A DNA stretch of 64,000 bases, from contig CAVVTZ010000009.1 of the NCBI GenBank assembly GCA_963751275.1, forward strand, positions 224,001 to 288,000. The letters run 5' to 3'. The notes under the pieces were generated by a model. That model did not search any database. It had not been told where the DNA came from and was given only the letters and a program-made list of their open reading frames with translations. Below, piece by piece: positions 21,397 through 31,767 of this stretch. Both the position numbers and the translations under genes were made by a program. The DNA is from an uncultured Gemmatimonadaceae bacterium (GTDB lineage Bacteria; Gemmatimonadota; Gemmatimonadetes; Gemmatimonadales; Gemmatimonadaceae). Position 1 is the stretch's first letter, and every line of letters begins with the position of its first letter.

Positions 21397-22481
21397 GCGC
21401 GCTCCCGGTCTGGGCCACCGCGCTGCCGATCGGCATCGCCTTCGGATTCATCCTCGAGCGCGCCGGGCTCGGCGATCCGCGCGTGATCCTCGGCCAACTC
21501 GTGCTGCGCGATTTCACCGTGATCCGCGTGATGTTCGGCGCGATCGTCACGGCGATGCTCGTCGTCATGCTGGCCGGTGTGACGGGACTCATCGACGTGC
21601 ACGCGATCGCGATCCCGCCCACCGACGCCGCGGCGCAGGCGCTGGGCGGCGTCATCTTCGGCGGCGGCTTCGCGCTGGCCGCGCTCTGTCCCGGCACGGC
21701 GTGCGTGGCGGCGGCGAGCGGACGGCGCGATGGCGTGGTCGCGGTCATCGGCATCTTCCTCGGCACGCTGGCGACGCCGTTCCTCTGGCCCGCGCTCGGC
21801 ACCACGGCGGCCGTGCCCCGCGAGGGTGCGACGCTGCCCGCGGACCTTGGGTGGCCGGCGTGGACCGTGGTGCTCGCGATCACGGCGGGCGGGATCGCCG
21901 CGTCGATGATCGCGCGGCGCGTGGAACGTCGCGGCGCGCCGGCCGCGTGGTGGCATCCGGCGAAAGTGGAACTGGCGGCGCTCGCCCTCGCGCTGGTGTT
22001 CGGCGTACTGAGCGCGCGTCCCGCTCCGCCCGCGCCGCCTCGTGTGGACGCGCTCGCGCTCGCGGCGATGATCCAGGCGCATCGCCCCGGACTTCGCGTG
22101 ATCGACGTGCGCCCGCATCTCGACTCCGGCACGTACATGATCCCGGGCGCCCAACGGCTGCCGGCGGCCGGTGGGGCGGATCTCCATCTGGCGCCGGGAC
22201 AGCAGGTCGTTATCTATGGAGACGACGATGCCGGCGCCGCGCGGGGCGTGCCACTGCTGCGCACCGCCGGCGCGCCGGATGTGATGGTCCTCTCCGGCGG
22301 CATGACGGCGTGGGAGGAAGAAGTGATGGCGCCGGAGGCTCCGCTCGTCCCCTCGGACACCGCGGCAGCGCGGTACCGCGAGGCGCGCGCGCTGTCGCTC
22401 TACTTCGGCGGCACTCCGGACGGCCGGCGTCGCGCCGGCGATCGCGTCCTCAAGAGCATCAGGAGGCGCAACACATGCTGA
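21393..22481 (+). CDS. YeeE/YedE-rhodanese fusion protein
   Basis: GIAFGFILERAG and LCPGT, followed by VIDVR...IPGA...LSGGMTAW; C-terminal RRRNTC. Confidence 0.85.
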   Translation: MSALPVWATALPIGIAFGFILERAGLGDPRVILGQLVLRDFTVIRVMFGAIVTAMLVVMLAGVTGLIDVHAIAIPPTDAAAQALGGVIFGGGFALAALCPGTACVAAASGRRDGVVAVIGIFLGTLATPFLWPALGTTAAVPREGATLPADLGWPAWTVVLAITAGGIAASMIARRVERRGAPAAWWHPAKVELAALALALVFGVLSARPAPPAPPRVDALALAAMIQAHRPGLRVIDVRPHLDSGTYMIPGAQRLPAAGGADLHLAPGQQVVIYGDDDAGAARGVPLLRTAGAPDVMVLSGGMTAWEEEVMAPEAPLVPSDTAAARYREARALSLYFGGTPDGRRRAGDRVLKSIRRRNTC

Positions 22482-23854
22482 CCACCGCCGAAAGCCGGAC
22501 GACGCGGACTCCGGTCCCCTCCGACGAGGAATTCTTCGCGGCGTGGCGGGCGCGCGAGCTCACGCGCGTCGATCGCGCCGGACTCGCCTACGTGGACTAC
22601 ACCGGCGCCGCGCTGTATCCCGAGTCGCTCGTGCGCGCGGATGCGGCGCGCCTGGAGCGCGCCGTGCTGGGGAACCCGCATTCGCAGCACGGGCCGTCGC
22701 GTGAGGCGACCGGCGACGTCGAACGCGCACGCGAGGCCGTGCTCGCGTTCCTGCACGCGGATCCGGCGGAGTATGCGGTGGTGCTCACCGTAAACGCGAC
22801 CGCGGCCTGCCGCCTGGTGGGAGAGAGCTTCCCGTTCACGCGGGAGAGCGCGTTCGTGCTCACGGCCGACAATCATAATTCCGTGAACGGCATTCGCGAG
22901 TACGCGCGCGCGCGCGAGGCGTCGATCTCGGTGATCCCGATTGATGAGGAACTGCGGCTCGTCGATCCGCTGAGCGCGCTGGCGGCGCCGGTGCGCGGCG
23001 CCTCGCTCTTCGCGTTCCCGGCGCAGTCGAACTTCTCCGGCGTGCGGCATGCGTTGTCGCTCGTGGCCGAGGCGCGCGCGCGCGGCTACGCGGTGCTGCT
23101 CGACGCCGCCGCCTACGTGCCGACCGCGGAATTGCGGCTCGATGAGGTGCATCCCGATTTCGTCGCCCTGTCGGTGTACAAGATCGCCGGCTATCCGTCG
23201 GGCGTGGGCGCGCTCGTGGCGCGCCGCGAGTCGCTCGCGCGGCTGCAGCGGCCGTCGTTCGCCGGCGGAACGGTGGATTGGGTCTCGGTGCAGCACGAGC
23301 GGCACCAGCTGATGCGCGGGCCCGGCGCGTTCGAGGATGGCACGGTGCCGTTCCTCGCGGTGGGCGCGGTGCCCGATGCGCTCGCCGTCGTCACCGAAGT
23401 CGGCCGCGACCGCCTCGCGCGCCACACCGCGCATCTCACCGCGCAGCTGCTGCGCGGACTCTGCTCGCTCCGGCACGGGAACGGCGCGCCGGTGGCGATC
23501 ATCCACGGTCCCGCGAACATGGAGTCGCGCGGCGCGGCGGTGGCGCTCTCGGTGCTCGCACCCAATGGCGCCTCGGTCCCCTATTGGGAAGTGGAAGAGC
23601 GCGCGCGCAACCGGCACGTCGCGCTCCGCGGCGGCTGCTTCTGCAATCCCGGCTGCGCGGAACGGTCGTTCGGCTTCGGCGCGCGCGAAACCGTCCAGTG
23701 CCTCGACGAACTGGGCGACGATTTCACGATCCCGCGCTTCGCCGCCTGCCTCGGCGAAGGGACGGTCGGCGCGATCCGCATCTCCTTCGGACTCGGCAGC
23801 GTGGCGGCCGACGTGGAGAGGGTGGTCGAGTTCATCGGAGAGTACGCGAGCTAA
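22475..23854 (+). CDS. PLP class-V aminotransferase, Moco-sulfurase (MOCOS/ABA3) N-domain-like cysteine desulfurase
   Basis: YVDYTGAALY, GNPHS, FPAQSNFSG, SVYKIAGYPSG (PLP Lys), LRGGCFCNPG, GAIRISFG. Confidence 0.9.
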   Translation: MLTTAESRTTRTPVPSDEEFFAAWRARELTRVDRAGLAYVDYTGAALYPESLVRADAARLERAVLGNPHSQHGPSREATGDVERAREAVLAFLHADPAEYAVVLTVNATAACRLVGESFPFTRESAFVLTADNHNSVNGIREYARAREASISVIPIDEELRLVDPLSALAAPVRGASLFAFPAQSNFSGVRHALSLVAEARARGYAVLLDAAAYVPTAELRLDEVHPDFVALSVYKIAGYPSGVGALVARRESLARLQRPSFAGGTVDWVSVQHERHQLMRGPGAFEDGTVPFLAVGAVPDALAVVTEVGRDRLARHTAHLTAQLLRGLCSLRHGNGAPVAIIHGPANMESRGAAVALSVLAPNGASVPYWEVEERARNRHVALRGGCFCNPGCAERSFGFGARETVQCLDELGDDFTIPRFAACLGEGTVGAIRISFGLGSVAADVERVVEFIGEYAS

Positions 23855-23868
23855 GTCACTGTCAACAG

Positions 23869-23986
23869 CCGGGAGCCGATTGCCGGGAGCCGATGAGGCA
23901 TGACAACACATCCCATTACGACACGGCGCGATGTCGTGATGGGATGTGTCGTCATGCCTCATCGGCTCCCGGCAATCGGCTCCCGG
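23869..23986. repeat. Near-perfect hairpin with 7-nt periodic arms (GCCGGGA/GCCGATT)
   Basis: CCGGGAGCCGATTGCCGGGAGCCGATGAGGCATGAC...GTCATGCCTCATCGGCTCCCGGCAATCGGCTCCCGG. Confidence 0.92.
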
Positions 23987-24084
23987 TATCTTGCCGTGCT
24001 CGGAACAAACCATACGGCCCTTCGTAGTGTCGAACCGGAGTCCCGCCGTTACGAGGCACAAGGCACACGGAACGAGGAACGTAC

Positions 24085-26583
24085 ATGCGCCAGCTGAAAC
24101 TCGCCTTCCGCACGCTCTTCAAGTCCCCCTTCGTCACCACGGTGGCGATCCTCTCCCTCGCGCTCGGCATCGGTGCCAACGCGGCGATCTTCTCGCTCTT
24201 CGACCAGACGCTGCTCCGCGCGGTGCCGGTGCGCGATCCCGGCCAGCTCGTGGATCTCGCGGCGCCCGGTCCGATGTTCGGCTCCAATTCCTGCAGCATG
24301 ATCGGCGGCTGCGACGAAGTCTTCTCGTACCCGATGTTCCGGGATCTCGAGAAGAGTCAGACCGTGCTCACGGGGCTCGCCGCGCACCGCGATGTCGGTG
24401 TGAGCCTGTCCTACGATCAGCAGCCGATGAACGGCCGCGGTCTGCTGATCTCGGGATCCTACTTCCCGACGCTCGGCCTCAGCCCCGCCGCCGGCCGGCT
24501 CATCGGCCCCGCCGACGACTCGACGATCGGCGCCAACTTCGTGGTCGCCCTCAGCTACGACTTCTGGCAGTCGCGCTTCGGCGGCGACGCGTCGGTGATC
24601 GGGAAGCCGATCATCGTCAATGGCCAGACGATGACGATCATCGGCGTCGCGCCGAAGGATTTCTCGGGCACGTCCCTCGGCGTGAAGCCCCAGGTCTTCA
24701 TTCCGATCTCGATGCGGCACGTGTTGTGGCCGTGGTTCCACGACTTCGAGAACCGGCGCAGCTACTGGGTCTATCTCTTCGGGCGTCTCAAGCCGGGCGT
24801 CACGCTCGCGCAGGCCGCCATGGGGCTCAACAAGGTCTACAAGCCGCTGATCAACGACGTCGAGGTGCCGCTCCAGAAGGGGATGAGCGAGCAGACGCTC
24901 GCGAAGTTCAAGGCGAAGGAAGTGAAGGTGACGGATGGCCGGCGCGGACAGAGCCAGATCCACCAGGAAGCGAAGACGCCCCTGACGCTCTTGATGGCCA
25001 TCACGGTCATCGTGCTGCTCATCGCGTGCGCGAACATCGCGAACCTTCTCCTCGCGCGCGGCGCGAATCGCGCCATGGAGATGGGCGTTCGCCTCGCGCT
25101 CGGCGCCAGTCGCCGGCAGCTGCTCGTACAGCTCCTCACCGAATCGCTGCTGCTGAGCCTCATCGGCGGGGTCGTGAGCCTCGTCGTCGCGCGATGGACG
25201 CTGGGCGCGATCTCGACGCTGCTCCCCTCGGATGGCAGCGCGTCGCTCGCTTTCTCGCTCGAGCCGAGGATCCTGCTCTTCGCGGCGGCGCTCTCCGTGT
25301 TCACGGGCTTCGCGTTCGGCATGTTCCCCGCGCTGCACAGCACGCGCGGCGATCTCGTCACGACCATCCGCTCCAACGCCGGCCAGATCTCCGGGCACCG
25401 CGCCGCGGCGCGATTCCGCGCGACGCTCGTCACCGCGCAGATCGCGCTGTCGATGGCGCTCCTTATCGCGGCCGGACTGTTCATGAAGAGTCTCGCGAAC
25501 ATCAGCAATGTGAACCTCGGCGTGCACGTGGACGACATGGTCACCTTCGGCATGTCCCCCGAGCGCGCCGGGTACGACAGCACGCGCGCGCAATTGTTCT
25601 ATGGTCAAGTGGAAGAGGCGCTCGCTGGCATTCCGGGCGTCACCGGCGTCACGTCGTCGATGGTGCCGCTCCTGGCCGGCGACAACTGGGGGAACAGCGT
25701 GAAGGTGCAGGGTTTCGCCGACGGGCCGGACGTGGACGCCAACTCCCGCATGAACGAAGTGGGCGCCGGGTACTTTCATACCATCGGCATCAAGATGCTC
25801 GCCGGCCGCGATCTCACCACCGCCGACGCGCAGGGCGCGGCGCAGGTCGCGGTCGTGAACGAGTCGTTCGCCAGGAAGTTCAAGCTCGGCAACGACGTCG
25901 TCGGCAAATACATGAGCACGGGAGGCTCGCACGATTCGCTGAACATCCAGATCGTCGGCCTGGTGCAGAACGCGAAGTACAGCGACGTGAAGGACTCGGT
26001 GCCGCCCGTGTACTACACGCCGTGGCGCCAGGACCACAACGCCACGTACATGAACTACTACGTGCGCGGCTCGCTCCCGCCAGCGGAGCTGCTGCGCGCG
26101 ATCCCTGCGGCGATGCGGCGCCTGGATGCCACCGTGCCGGTGGAGGACCTCAAGTCGATGCCGCAGCAGATCAAGGAGAACGTCGCGCTCGACCGGATGA
26201 TCAGCATCCTGTCGGCATCGTTCGCGGTGCTCGCGACCCTGCTCGCCGCCGTCGGGCTATATGGCGTGCTCGCCTACACCGTGGCGCAGCGCACGCGCGA
26301 GATCGGTGTGCGCATGGCGCTGGGAGCCGATGCGGGACAGGTGCAAGTGATGGTCATGCGCCAGGTGGGCTGGATGATGCTGATCGGAGGCGCCGTCGGT
26401 CTCGTCGGCGCGTGGGGGCTCGGCCGCGGCGCTGCGTCCCTGCTGTACGAGATGAAGGGGTTCGACCCCGCCGTCTTCGTGCTCTCCATTATCACATTGA
26501 CGTTGGTCGCCGCCGGCGCCGGCTATCTCCCCGCGCGCAAGGCGTCGAAGGTGGATCCGATCAAGGCGCTCCGCTACGAGTAG
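24085..26583 (+). CDS. ABC permease, duplicated MacB/FtsX (ADOP-type)
   Basis: LALGIGANAAIFS, LLIACANIANLLLAR, QRTREIGVRMALGA, DPIKALRYE. Confidence 0.95.
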   Translation: MRQLKLAFRTLFKSPFVTTVAILSLALGIGANAAIFSLFDQTLLRAVPVRDPGQLVDLAAPGPMFGSNSCSMIGGCDEVFSYPMFRDLEKSQTVLTGLAAHRDVGVSLSYDQQPMNGRGLLISGSYFPTLGLSPAAGRLIGPADDSTIGANFVVALSYDFWQSRFGGDASVIGKPIIVNGQTMTIIGVAPKDFSGTSLGVKPQVFIPISMRHVLWPWFHDFENRRSYWVYLFGRLKPGVTLAQAAMGLNKVYKPLINDVEVPLQKGMSEQTLAKFKAKEVKVTDGRRGQSQIHQEAKTPLTLLMAITVIVLLIACANIANLLLARGANRAMEMGVRLALGASRRQLLVQLLTESLLLSLIGGVVSLVVARWTLGAISTLLPSDGSASLAFSLEPRILLFAAALSVFTGFAFGMFPALHSTRGDLVTTIRSNAGQISGHRAAARFRATLVTAQIALSMALLIAAGLFMKSLANISNVNLGVHVDDMVTFGMSPERAGYDSTRAQLFYGQVEEALAGIPGVTGVTSSMVPLLAGDNWGNSVKVQGFADGPDVDANSRMNEVGAGYFHTIGIKMLAGRDLTTADAQGAAQVAVVNESFARKFKLGNDVVGKYMSTGGSHDSLNIQIVGLVQNAKYSDVKDSVPPVYYTPWRQDHNATYMNYYVRGSLPPAELLRAIPAAMRRLDATVPVEDLKSMPQQIKENVALDRMISILSASFAVLATLLAAVGLYGVLAYTVAQRTREIGVRMALGADAGQVQVMVMRQVGWMMLIGGAVGLVGAWGLGRGAASLLYEMKGFDPAVFVLSIITLTLVAAGAGYLPARKASKVDPIKALRYE

Positions 26584-26670
26584 CTCGGCGCGCGGCCACA
26601 AACCGTTTCCGTACTTCGACTGTCGAAGCAGAAGCCCGCCCTTTCGCGGATCGAGGCACGAGGAACGCCA

Positions 26671-29166
26671 ATGCGCCAGCTCAAGTTCGCACTGAGAACG
26701 CTGTTCAAGTCCCCCTTCGTGACCGCCGTCGCGATCCTCTCCCTCGCACTGGGGATCGGGGCGAACGCGGCGATCTTCTCGCTCTTCGATCAGCTGCTGC
26801 TCCGCCCGCTCCCGGTGCGCGACCCCGGCGAGCTGGTGGACTTGCACGCGCCCGGCCCGAATCCCGGCTCGCAGTCGTGCGGCTTCGCCGGCGACTGCCA
26901 CGACGTGTTCTCCTATCCGATGTTCCGGGATCTCGAGAAGGGCCAGACCGTGCTCGCGGGACTCGCCGCGCACCGCAACCTGAGCGTGAGCCTCACGTAC
27001 GAGCAGCAACCGATGAGCGGGGCGGGGATGCTCGTGTCGGGCTCCTACTTCCCGACGCTCGGTATCTCGCCGGCGCTCGGCCGCCTGATCGGGCCGGACG
27101 ACGACCGGACCATCGGCGCGCACTTCGTGACCGTGCTCAACTACGACTTCTGGCAATCGCGCTTCGGCGGCGACCCATCGGTCGTCGGCAAGCAGCTCAC
27201 CGTGAATGGGAACCAGTTCACGATCATCGGCGTCGCGCCGCGCGGCTTCGAGGGCACTACGTTGGGCGTGCATCCGCTCGTCTTCGTACCCATCACGATG
27301 CGGCACGTCGTCTCGCCCTGGTTCACGGCGTTCGACAACCGGCAGAACTACTCGATCTATCTATTCGGCCGGATGAAGCCGGGCCTCACCATCAAACAGG
27401 TGGCCGCGGGCCTTAATCACGTCTACCAGCCGATCATCAAGGATGTGGAAGCGCCGCAGCAGGAAGGGATGAGTCCGCAGACGATGGAGAAGTTCAAGGC
27501 GAAGGAGATCGTCGTGACCGCCGGCGCGCGCGGCCAGAGCAGCGTGCACAAGCAGGTCCGCACACCGATGCTCCTGCTGATCGCGATCACGGCCATCGTG
27601 CTGCTCATCGCGTGCGCGAACATCGCGAACCTCCTGCTCGCGCGCGGTGCGAATCGCGCGATGGAGATGGGCGTGCGCCTCGCCCTCGGCGCGAGCCGCC
27701 GCCAGCTGCTCGCGCAGCTGCTCACCGAATCGGTGCTCCTCGCGATCCTTGGCGGCGCCGCCAGTCTCCTCGTCGCCCAATGGACGCTCAGCGCGATCGG
27801 CGCGATCCTTCCGCCCGACGGGATCAAGACGCTCTCCTTCCATCTCGACCCGTCGGTGCTCGCCTTCTCGGGCGCGCTGGCCGTCGTCACCGGATTGCTC
27901 TTCGGGATGTTCCCCGCGCTGCACAGCACGCGCGGCGATCTCATCACCAGCATCCGCGCGGGGGCCGGCCAGATCTCCGGCGCGCGCGCGGCCGCACGCT
28001 TCCGCTCTTCGCTCGTCACCGCCCAGATCGCGCTCTCGATGACGCTCCTCATCGCCGCCGGCCTCTTCATGAAGAGCCTCGCGAACGTGGGGCACGTCGA
28101 CCTCGGCATGCAGGTGGATGACGTGGTGATGCTCGGCATGTCGCCGCAGCGCGCCGGCTATGACAGCGCGCAGATGCAGCAGTTCTACGCCCGCGCCGAG
28201 GAGGCCCTCAAGGCGATCCCCGGCGTCACGACCGTCACGTCGTCGCTCGTGGCGGTGCTGGGCGGCGACAGTTGGGGGAACGACGTGACCGTGCAGGGAT
28301 ACCCGAGCGGCCCCGACGTGGACCAGAACTCCCGCTACAACGAAGTGGGACCCGGATACTTCACGAAGCTCGGCGTGAAGTTCGCCTCCGGCCGCGACTT
28401 CACCGACGCCGATGTGCGGGGCAGCGCGAAGGTGGCGATCGTCAACGAAGCCTTCGCGAAGAAATTCAGGCTGGGCAAGGACGGCGTGGGCAAGTTCATG
28501 GCGCAGGGCCACCACGATTCGCTCGACACCCAGATCGTGGGCGTCATCCGCGACGCGAAGTACAACGGCGTGAAGGACACCGTGATCGCGGTGTACTACG
28601 TGCCGTGGAAGCAGGCCGCCGACGCGACGTACATGTACTACTACGTGCACAGCGCGCTCCCCGCGTCGCAGCTGCTGCGGGACATCCCGGCGGCCATGAA
28701 GCGCTTCGATCCGAACGTCCCCGTGGAAGGCCTCAAGACGATGCCGCAGCAGATCAAGGACAACGTCTTCCTCGACCGGATGATCAGCATCCTCTCGGCC
28801 GCCTTCGCGGTGCTCGCGACGCTGCTCGCCGGCGTGGGCCTTTACGGTGTGCTCGCGTACACCGTGGCGCAGCGCACTCGCGAGATCGGCGTGCGCATGG
28901 CGCTGGGCGCGGACTCCGGCCGCGTGCAGCTGATGGTGATGCGCCAAGTGGGCGTGATGATGCTCATCGGCGGCACGATCGGGCTCGCCGCGGCGTACGG
29001 CCTGGGCCGAGCGGCGGCGTCACTGCTCTATGACCTGAAGAGCTTCGATCCGGTGGTCTTTTCGCTGGCGATCGTGACGCTCGCGCTCGTCGCGAGTGGC
29101 GCCGGCTGGCTGCCCGCGCGCAAGGCATCGAAGGTCGATCCGATCAAGGCGCTGCGGTACGACTAA
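26671..29166 (+). CDS. ABC permease, duplicated MacB/FtsX (ADOP-type), tandem paralog
   Basis: Same motifs; colinear with the previous gene. Confidence 0.95.
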   Translation: MRQLKFALRTLFKSPFVTAVAILSLALGIGANAAIFSLFDQLLLRPLPVRDPGELVDLHAPGPNPGSQSCGFAGDCHDVFSYPMFRDLEKGQTVLAGLAAHRNLSVSLTYEQQPMSGAGMLVSGSYFPTLGISPALGRLIGPDDDRTIGAHFVTVLNYDFWQSRFGGDPSVVGKQLTVNGNQFTIIGVAPRGFEGTTLGVHPLVFVPITMRHVVSPWFTAFDNRQNYSIYLFGRMKPGLTIKQVAAGLNHVYQPIIKDVEAPQQEGMSPQTMEKFKAKEIVVTAGARGQSSVHKQVRTPMLLLIAITAIVLLIACANIANLLLARGANRAMEMGVRLALGASRRQLLAQLLTESVLLAILGGAASLLVAQWTLSAIGAILPPDGIKTLSFHLDPSVLAFSGALAVVTGLLFGMFPALHSTRGDLITSIRAGAGQISGARAAARFRSSLVTAQIALSMTLLIAAGLFMKSLANVGHVDLGMQVDDVVMLGMSPQRAGYDSAQMQQFYARAEEALKAIPGVTTVTSSLVAVLGGDSWGNDVTVQGYPSGPDVDQNSRYNEVGPGYFTKLGVKFASGRDFTDADVRGSAKVAIVNEAFAKKFRLGKDGVGKFMAQGHHDSLDTQIVGVIRDAKYNGVKDTVIAVYYVPWKQAADATYMYYYVHSALPASQLLRDIPAAMKRFDPNVPVEGLKTMPQQIKDNVFLDRMISILSAAFAVLATLLAGVGLYGVLAYTVAQRTREIGVRMALGADSGRVQLMVMRQVGVMMLIGGTIGLAAAYGLGRAAASLLYDLKSFDPVVFSLAIVTLALVASGAGWLPARKASKVDPIKALRYD

Positions 29167-29400
29167 CTATTCGTCCATCGCGTCGACGCTCACTTCAGCG
29201 CGCCCTTCGAGATCGTAGTGCACGTGGACTTGCCAAGGCTGGCAACACACCTGGCAGTCCTCCACGTATTCCTGCGCCTCGCCGCTGTCCGGGTCCAGTG
29301 CGATCTCGTTCTCCTCCCCGCAGTACGGGCAGCGCACCGTCGCCTCGGTGTCGGAGAGCGGCTGGTCGTCTGACTCGTCGGGAGATTCCTCGTCGTACAT
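29167..29400 (-). CDS. CPXCG-motif cysteine-rich protein
   Basis: CPYCGE...YVEDCQVCCQPW; GGAG RBS. Confidence 0.9.
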   Translation of the reverse strand: MYDEESPDESDDQPLSDTEATVRCPYCGEENEIALDPDSGEAQEYVEDCQVCCQPWQVHVHYDLEGRAEVSVDAMDE

Positions 29401-29483
29401 GCTGCTCCATCGATCTGGGAAGTGAACGCGCGCGGGGACGCGAAAGATAGCGGCACGTGACACCAGCGAGTGGCCGCCTTTCA

Positions 29484-29569
29484 CATCATGTGCATCATGT
29501 TGATCCTGTCAAAGCCGTTGTCGTGGCCGTTACAAACTGCCTGACATGATGAACATGATGCACATGATG
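29484..29569. repeat. Family B arms in outward orientation
   Basis: CATCATGTGCATCATGTTGATCCTGTCA...TGACATGATGAACATGATGCACATGATG. Confidence 0.85.
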
Positions 29570-29647
29570 ACAACGATACCAACGAACCGGTCGCCGCTCT
29601 GGAGACGGAGGACGTGAACATCTCCTTGAACACTGCTCGATAGTAGT

Positions 29648-29789
29648 GGCCTCCCGCTGGACAAACGGACTGCGACGTTGGACGTTAGGCCACGTGGAAC
29701 GTGGGGCTGGGAGTGATTCCCACTCTCAGCGACCACCCTCCACGCGGCCCAACGTCCAACGTCGCCCCCCGTTTGTCCAGCAGGAAGCC
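29648..29789. repeat. Hairpin family E copy 1 (GACGTTG units)
   Basis: CTGGACAAACGG..GCGACGTTGGACGTT...AACGTCCAACGTCGC..CCGTTTGTCCAG. Confidence 0.88.
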
Positions 29790-29806
29790 CCCGCTCCGTA
29801 GTAAGC

Positions 29807-30358
29807 ATGCCCCCCTCGAGTATCACCACCACCGTCCAATTCCCCCTCGACCGCGGCGAGCGCCAGCTCTGGGCGGGCGTGCCGCGGCAGGGTCTCACGC
29901 TCGGGCCGAACGATCTCATCGTCGTCCCGTTCAGCTTGCTGTGGGGCGGATTCGCGATCTTCTGGGAGTGGGGAGTCTTCCACTCCGGCGCGCCCTTCTT
30001 CTTTCGGCTCTGGGGCGTGCCGTTCGTCCTGCTGGGTCTCTACATGATCTTCGGCCGCTTCTTCTACGATTCCTACCGTCGTGCCCGCACGACGTACGCC
30101 GTCACGTCCGACCGCATCATCATCCAGAACGGCGGTTCCGTGAAATCCATTCCGATCCGCACACTGGGGGAAGTCACGCTGCGAGAGAGCGCCGACGGGT
30201 CCGGCACGATCGCCTTCGGCCCGCTGCCCACCGGGATGAAACTCGCGCTGCCGCTCACTCGGCCCGGCACGGAGACCATCCCGATGTTCGAGATGATCCC
30301 GAACGCGCGCGCCGTCTACGACATCATCCGCGACGCTCAGCGCGCGCCTGGCGCGTAG
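29807..30358 (+). CDS. Membrane protein with bacterial PH-like domain
   Basis: [10 protein letters not shown], two TM helices, [20 protein letters not shown]. Confidence 0.75.
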   Translation: MPPSSITTTVQFPLDRGERQLWAGVPRQGLTLGPNDLIVVPFSLLWGGFAIFWEWGVFHSGAPFFFRLWGVPFVLLGLYMIFGRFFYDSYRRARTTYAVTSDRIIIQNGGSVKSIPIRTLGEVTLRESADGSGTIAFGPLPTGMKLALPLTRPGTETIPMFEMIPNARAVYDIIRDAQRAPGA

Positions 30359-30450
30359 GGTTTTTTGCCAGTGGCGCTTGCTGCGCCAGCACCCGACATT
30401 GGTAACACGCAGGTTGCGCGCGCGTTGAACCCGTTCCCGAGGACCCGGCC

Positions 30451-30993
30451 ATGGCATTCCGAAAAGGCGTCTACATCGTCCCCACCCATCGCTGGTACAT
30501 CGAACGCACGGTGTGGCTGGTCGCCGGCGTCGTCCTCCTCACGGGCACCGCGCTCGCCTATTGGGTGAATCCGTACTTCGTCTTCCTCGTGATCGCCACC
30601 GGCCTCGCGTCGATCACGGTGTCGCTCACCGGGTTCTGCATCGTCGGTAACGTCCTCGCGCGCCTCGGCTTCACCCCCATGCTCGGCGAGGATGCCAAGA
30701 AGACGGGCAAGTGGTACTTCATGAAGACCGACAAGTGGTATCTCGAGCGCCGCATTTACATGGCGGTGGGCATCAACATCTCGATCGCGTCGGTGCTCTC
30801 GCTCGTGTGGACGCCGTGGTGGCTGGCCTTCACCGCGTTCGTCGGCAGCGCGATGGTCTGGTTCGCGGCCACCGGCTACTGCATCATGGCGAACGGGCTC
30901 TATTGGCTGGGCGCCGAGCCGCGGCTGTCGCCGGAGAAGGGCAGCGCCGAGAAGATCACCGCGCCCGACGGCACCGCGATCGCCAAGGGCTGA
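30451..30993 (+). CDS. Duplicated DUF2892 (YgaP-like) membrane protein
   Basis: Two WY(I/L)ER...TG(F/Y)CI repeats. Confidence 0.8.
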   Translation: MAFRKGVYIVPTHRWYIERTVWLVAGVVLLTGTALAYWVNPYFVFLVIATGLASITVSLTGFCIVGNVLARLGFTPMLGEDAKKTGKWYFMKTDKWYLERRIYMAVGINISIASVLSLVWTPWWLAFTAFVGSAMVWFAATGYCIMANGLYWLGAEPRLSPEKGSAEKITAPDGTAIAKG

Positions 30994-31020
30994 CGCCCGC
31001 GGGCGGAATTCCATATGATG

Positions 31021-31051
31021 GAGAGGGCCGTCCCCCGCGGACGGCCCTCTC
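31021..31051 (+). terminator. GC-rich hairpin, probable terminator
   Basis: GAGAGGGCCGTCC-loop-GGACGGCCCTCTC followed by TGCTTT. Confidence 0.55.
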
Positions 31052-31070
31052 TGCTTTCTCCGAGGCCTGC

Positions 31071-31760
31071 ATGCGCAATGTGGAACTGCACTTCTCCCAG
31101 CGGATCGGCTGGCTGCGCGCCGCAGTACTGGGCGCGGATGATGGTATCGTCTCCACGGCCAGTCTCATCCTGGGCGTCGCCGCGGCCGGCGCGCCGACGA
31201 GCGGCGTGCTCATCGCCGGCGTCGCGGGCCTCGCCGCGGGTTCCATGTCGATGGCCGCCGGCGAGTATGTGTCCGTCAGCTCGCAATCGGACACCGAGAA
31301 CGCGGATCTCGAGCGCGAGAAGAAGGAGCTGAAAGAGGACAGCGCCGGCGAGCACAAGGAATTGGCGCATATCTATGAGAAGCGCGGGCTCGACCCCGTG
31401 CTCGCGAAGCAGGTCGCGCAGCAGTTGATGGTTCACGATGCGCTCGGCGCGCATGCGCGCGATGAGCTGGGCATCACCGAGATCCACCGTGCGCGCCCGG
31501 TGCAGGCGGCGCTCGCATCGGCCGCATCGTTCGCGGTGGGCGCCGCCCTGCCGCTGGTGATGGTGCTCCTCGCGCCGCGGAATCTGCTCACGGTGCTCGT
31601 GGTCGCTGTCTCGCTCGTGTGCCTCGGCAGCCTCGGCGCCGTCGCCTCGCGCGCCGGCGGCGCGAAGGCCTGGGTGGGCGCCGCGCGCGTGACCTTCTGG
31701 GGCGCGCTCGCGATGGCGATCACGTACGGCGTGGGCGTACTGTTCAAGGTCACCGTCTAG
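31071..31760 (+). CDS. VIT1/CCC1 iron/manganese transporter
   Basis: WLRAAVLGADDGIVST, SMAAGEYVSVSSQ. Confidence 0.92.
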   Translation: MRNVELHFSQRIGWLRAAVLGADDGIVSTASLILGVAAAGAPTSGVLIAGVAGLAAGSMSMAAGEYVSVSSQSDTENADLEREKKELKEDSAGEHKELAHIYEKRGLDPVLAKQVAQQLMVHDALGAHARDELGITEIHRARPVQAALASAASFAVGAALPLVMVLLAPRNLLTVLVVAVSLVCLGSLGAVASRAGGAKAWVGAARVTFWGALAMAITYGVGVLFKVTV

Positions 31761-31767
31761 GCCGCTC

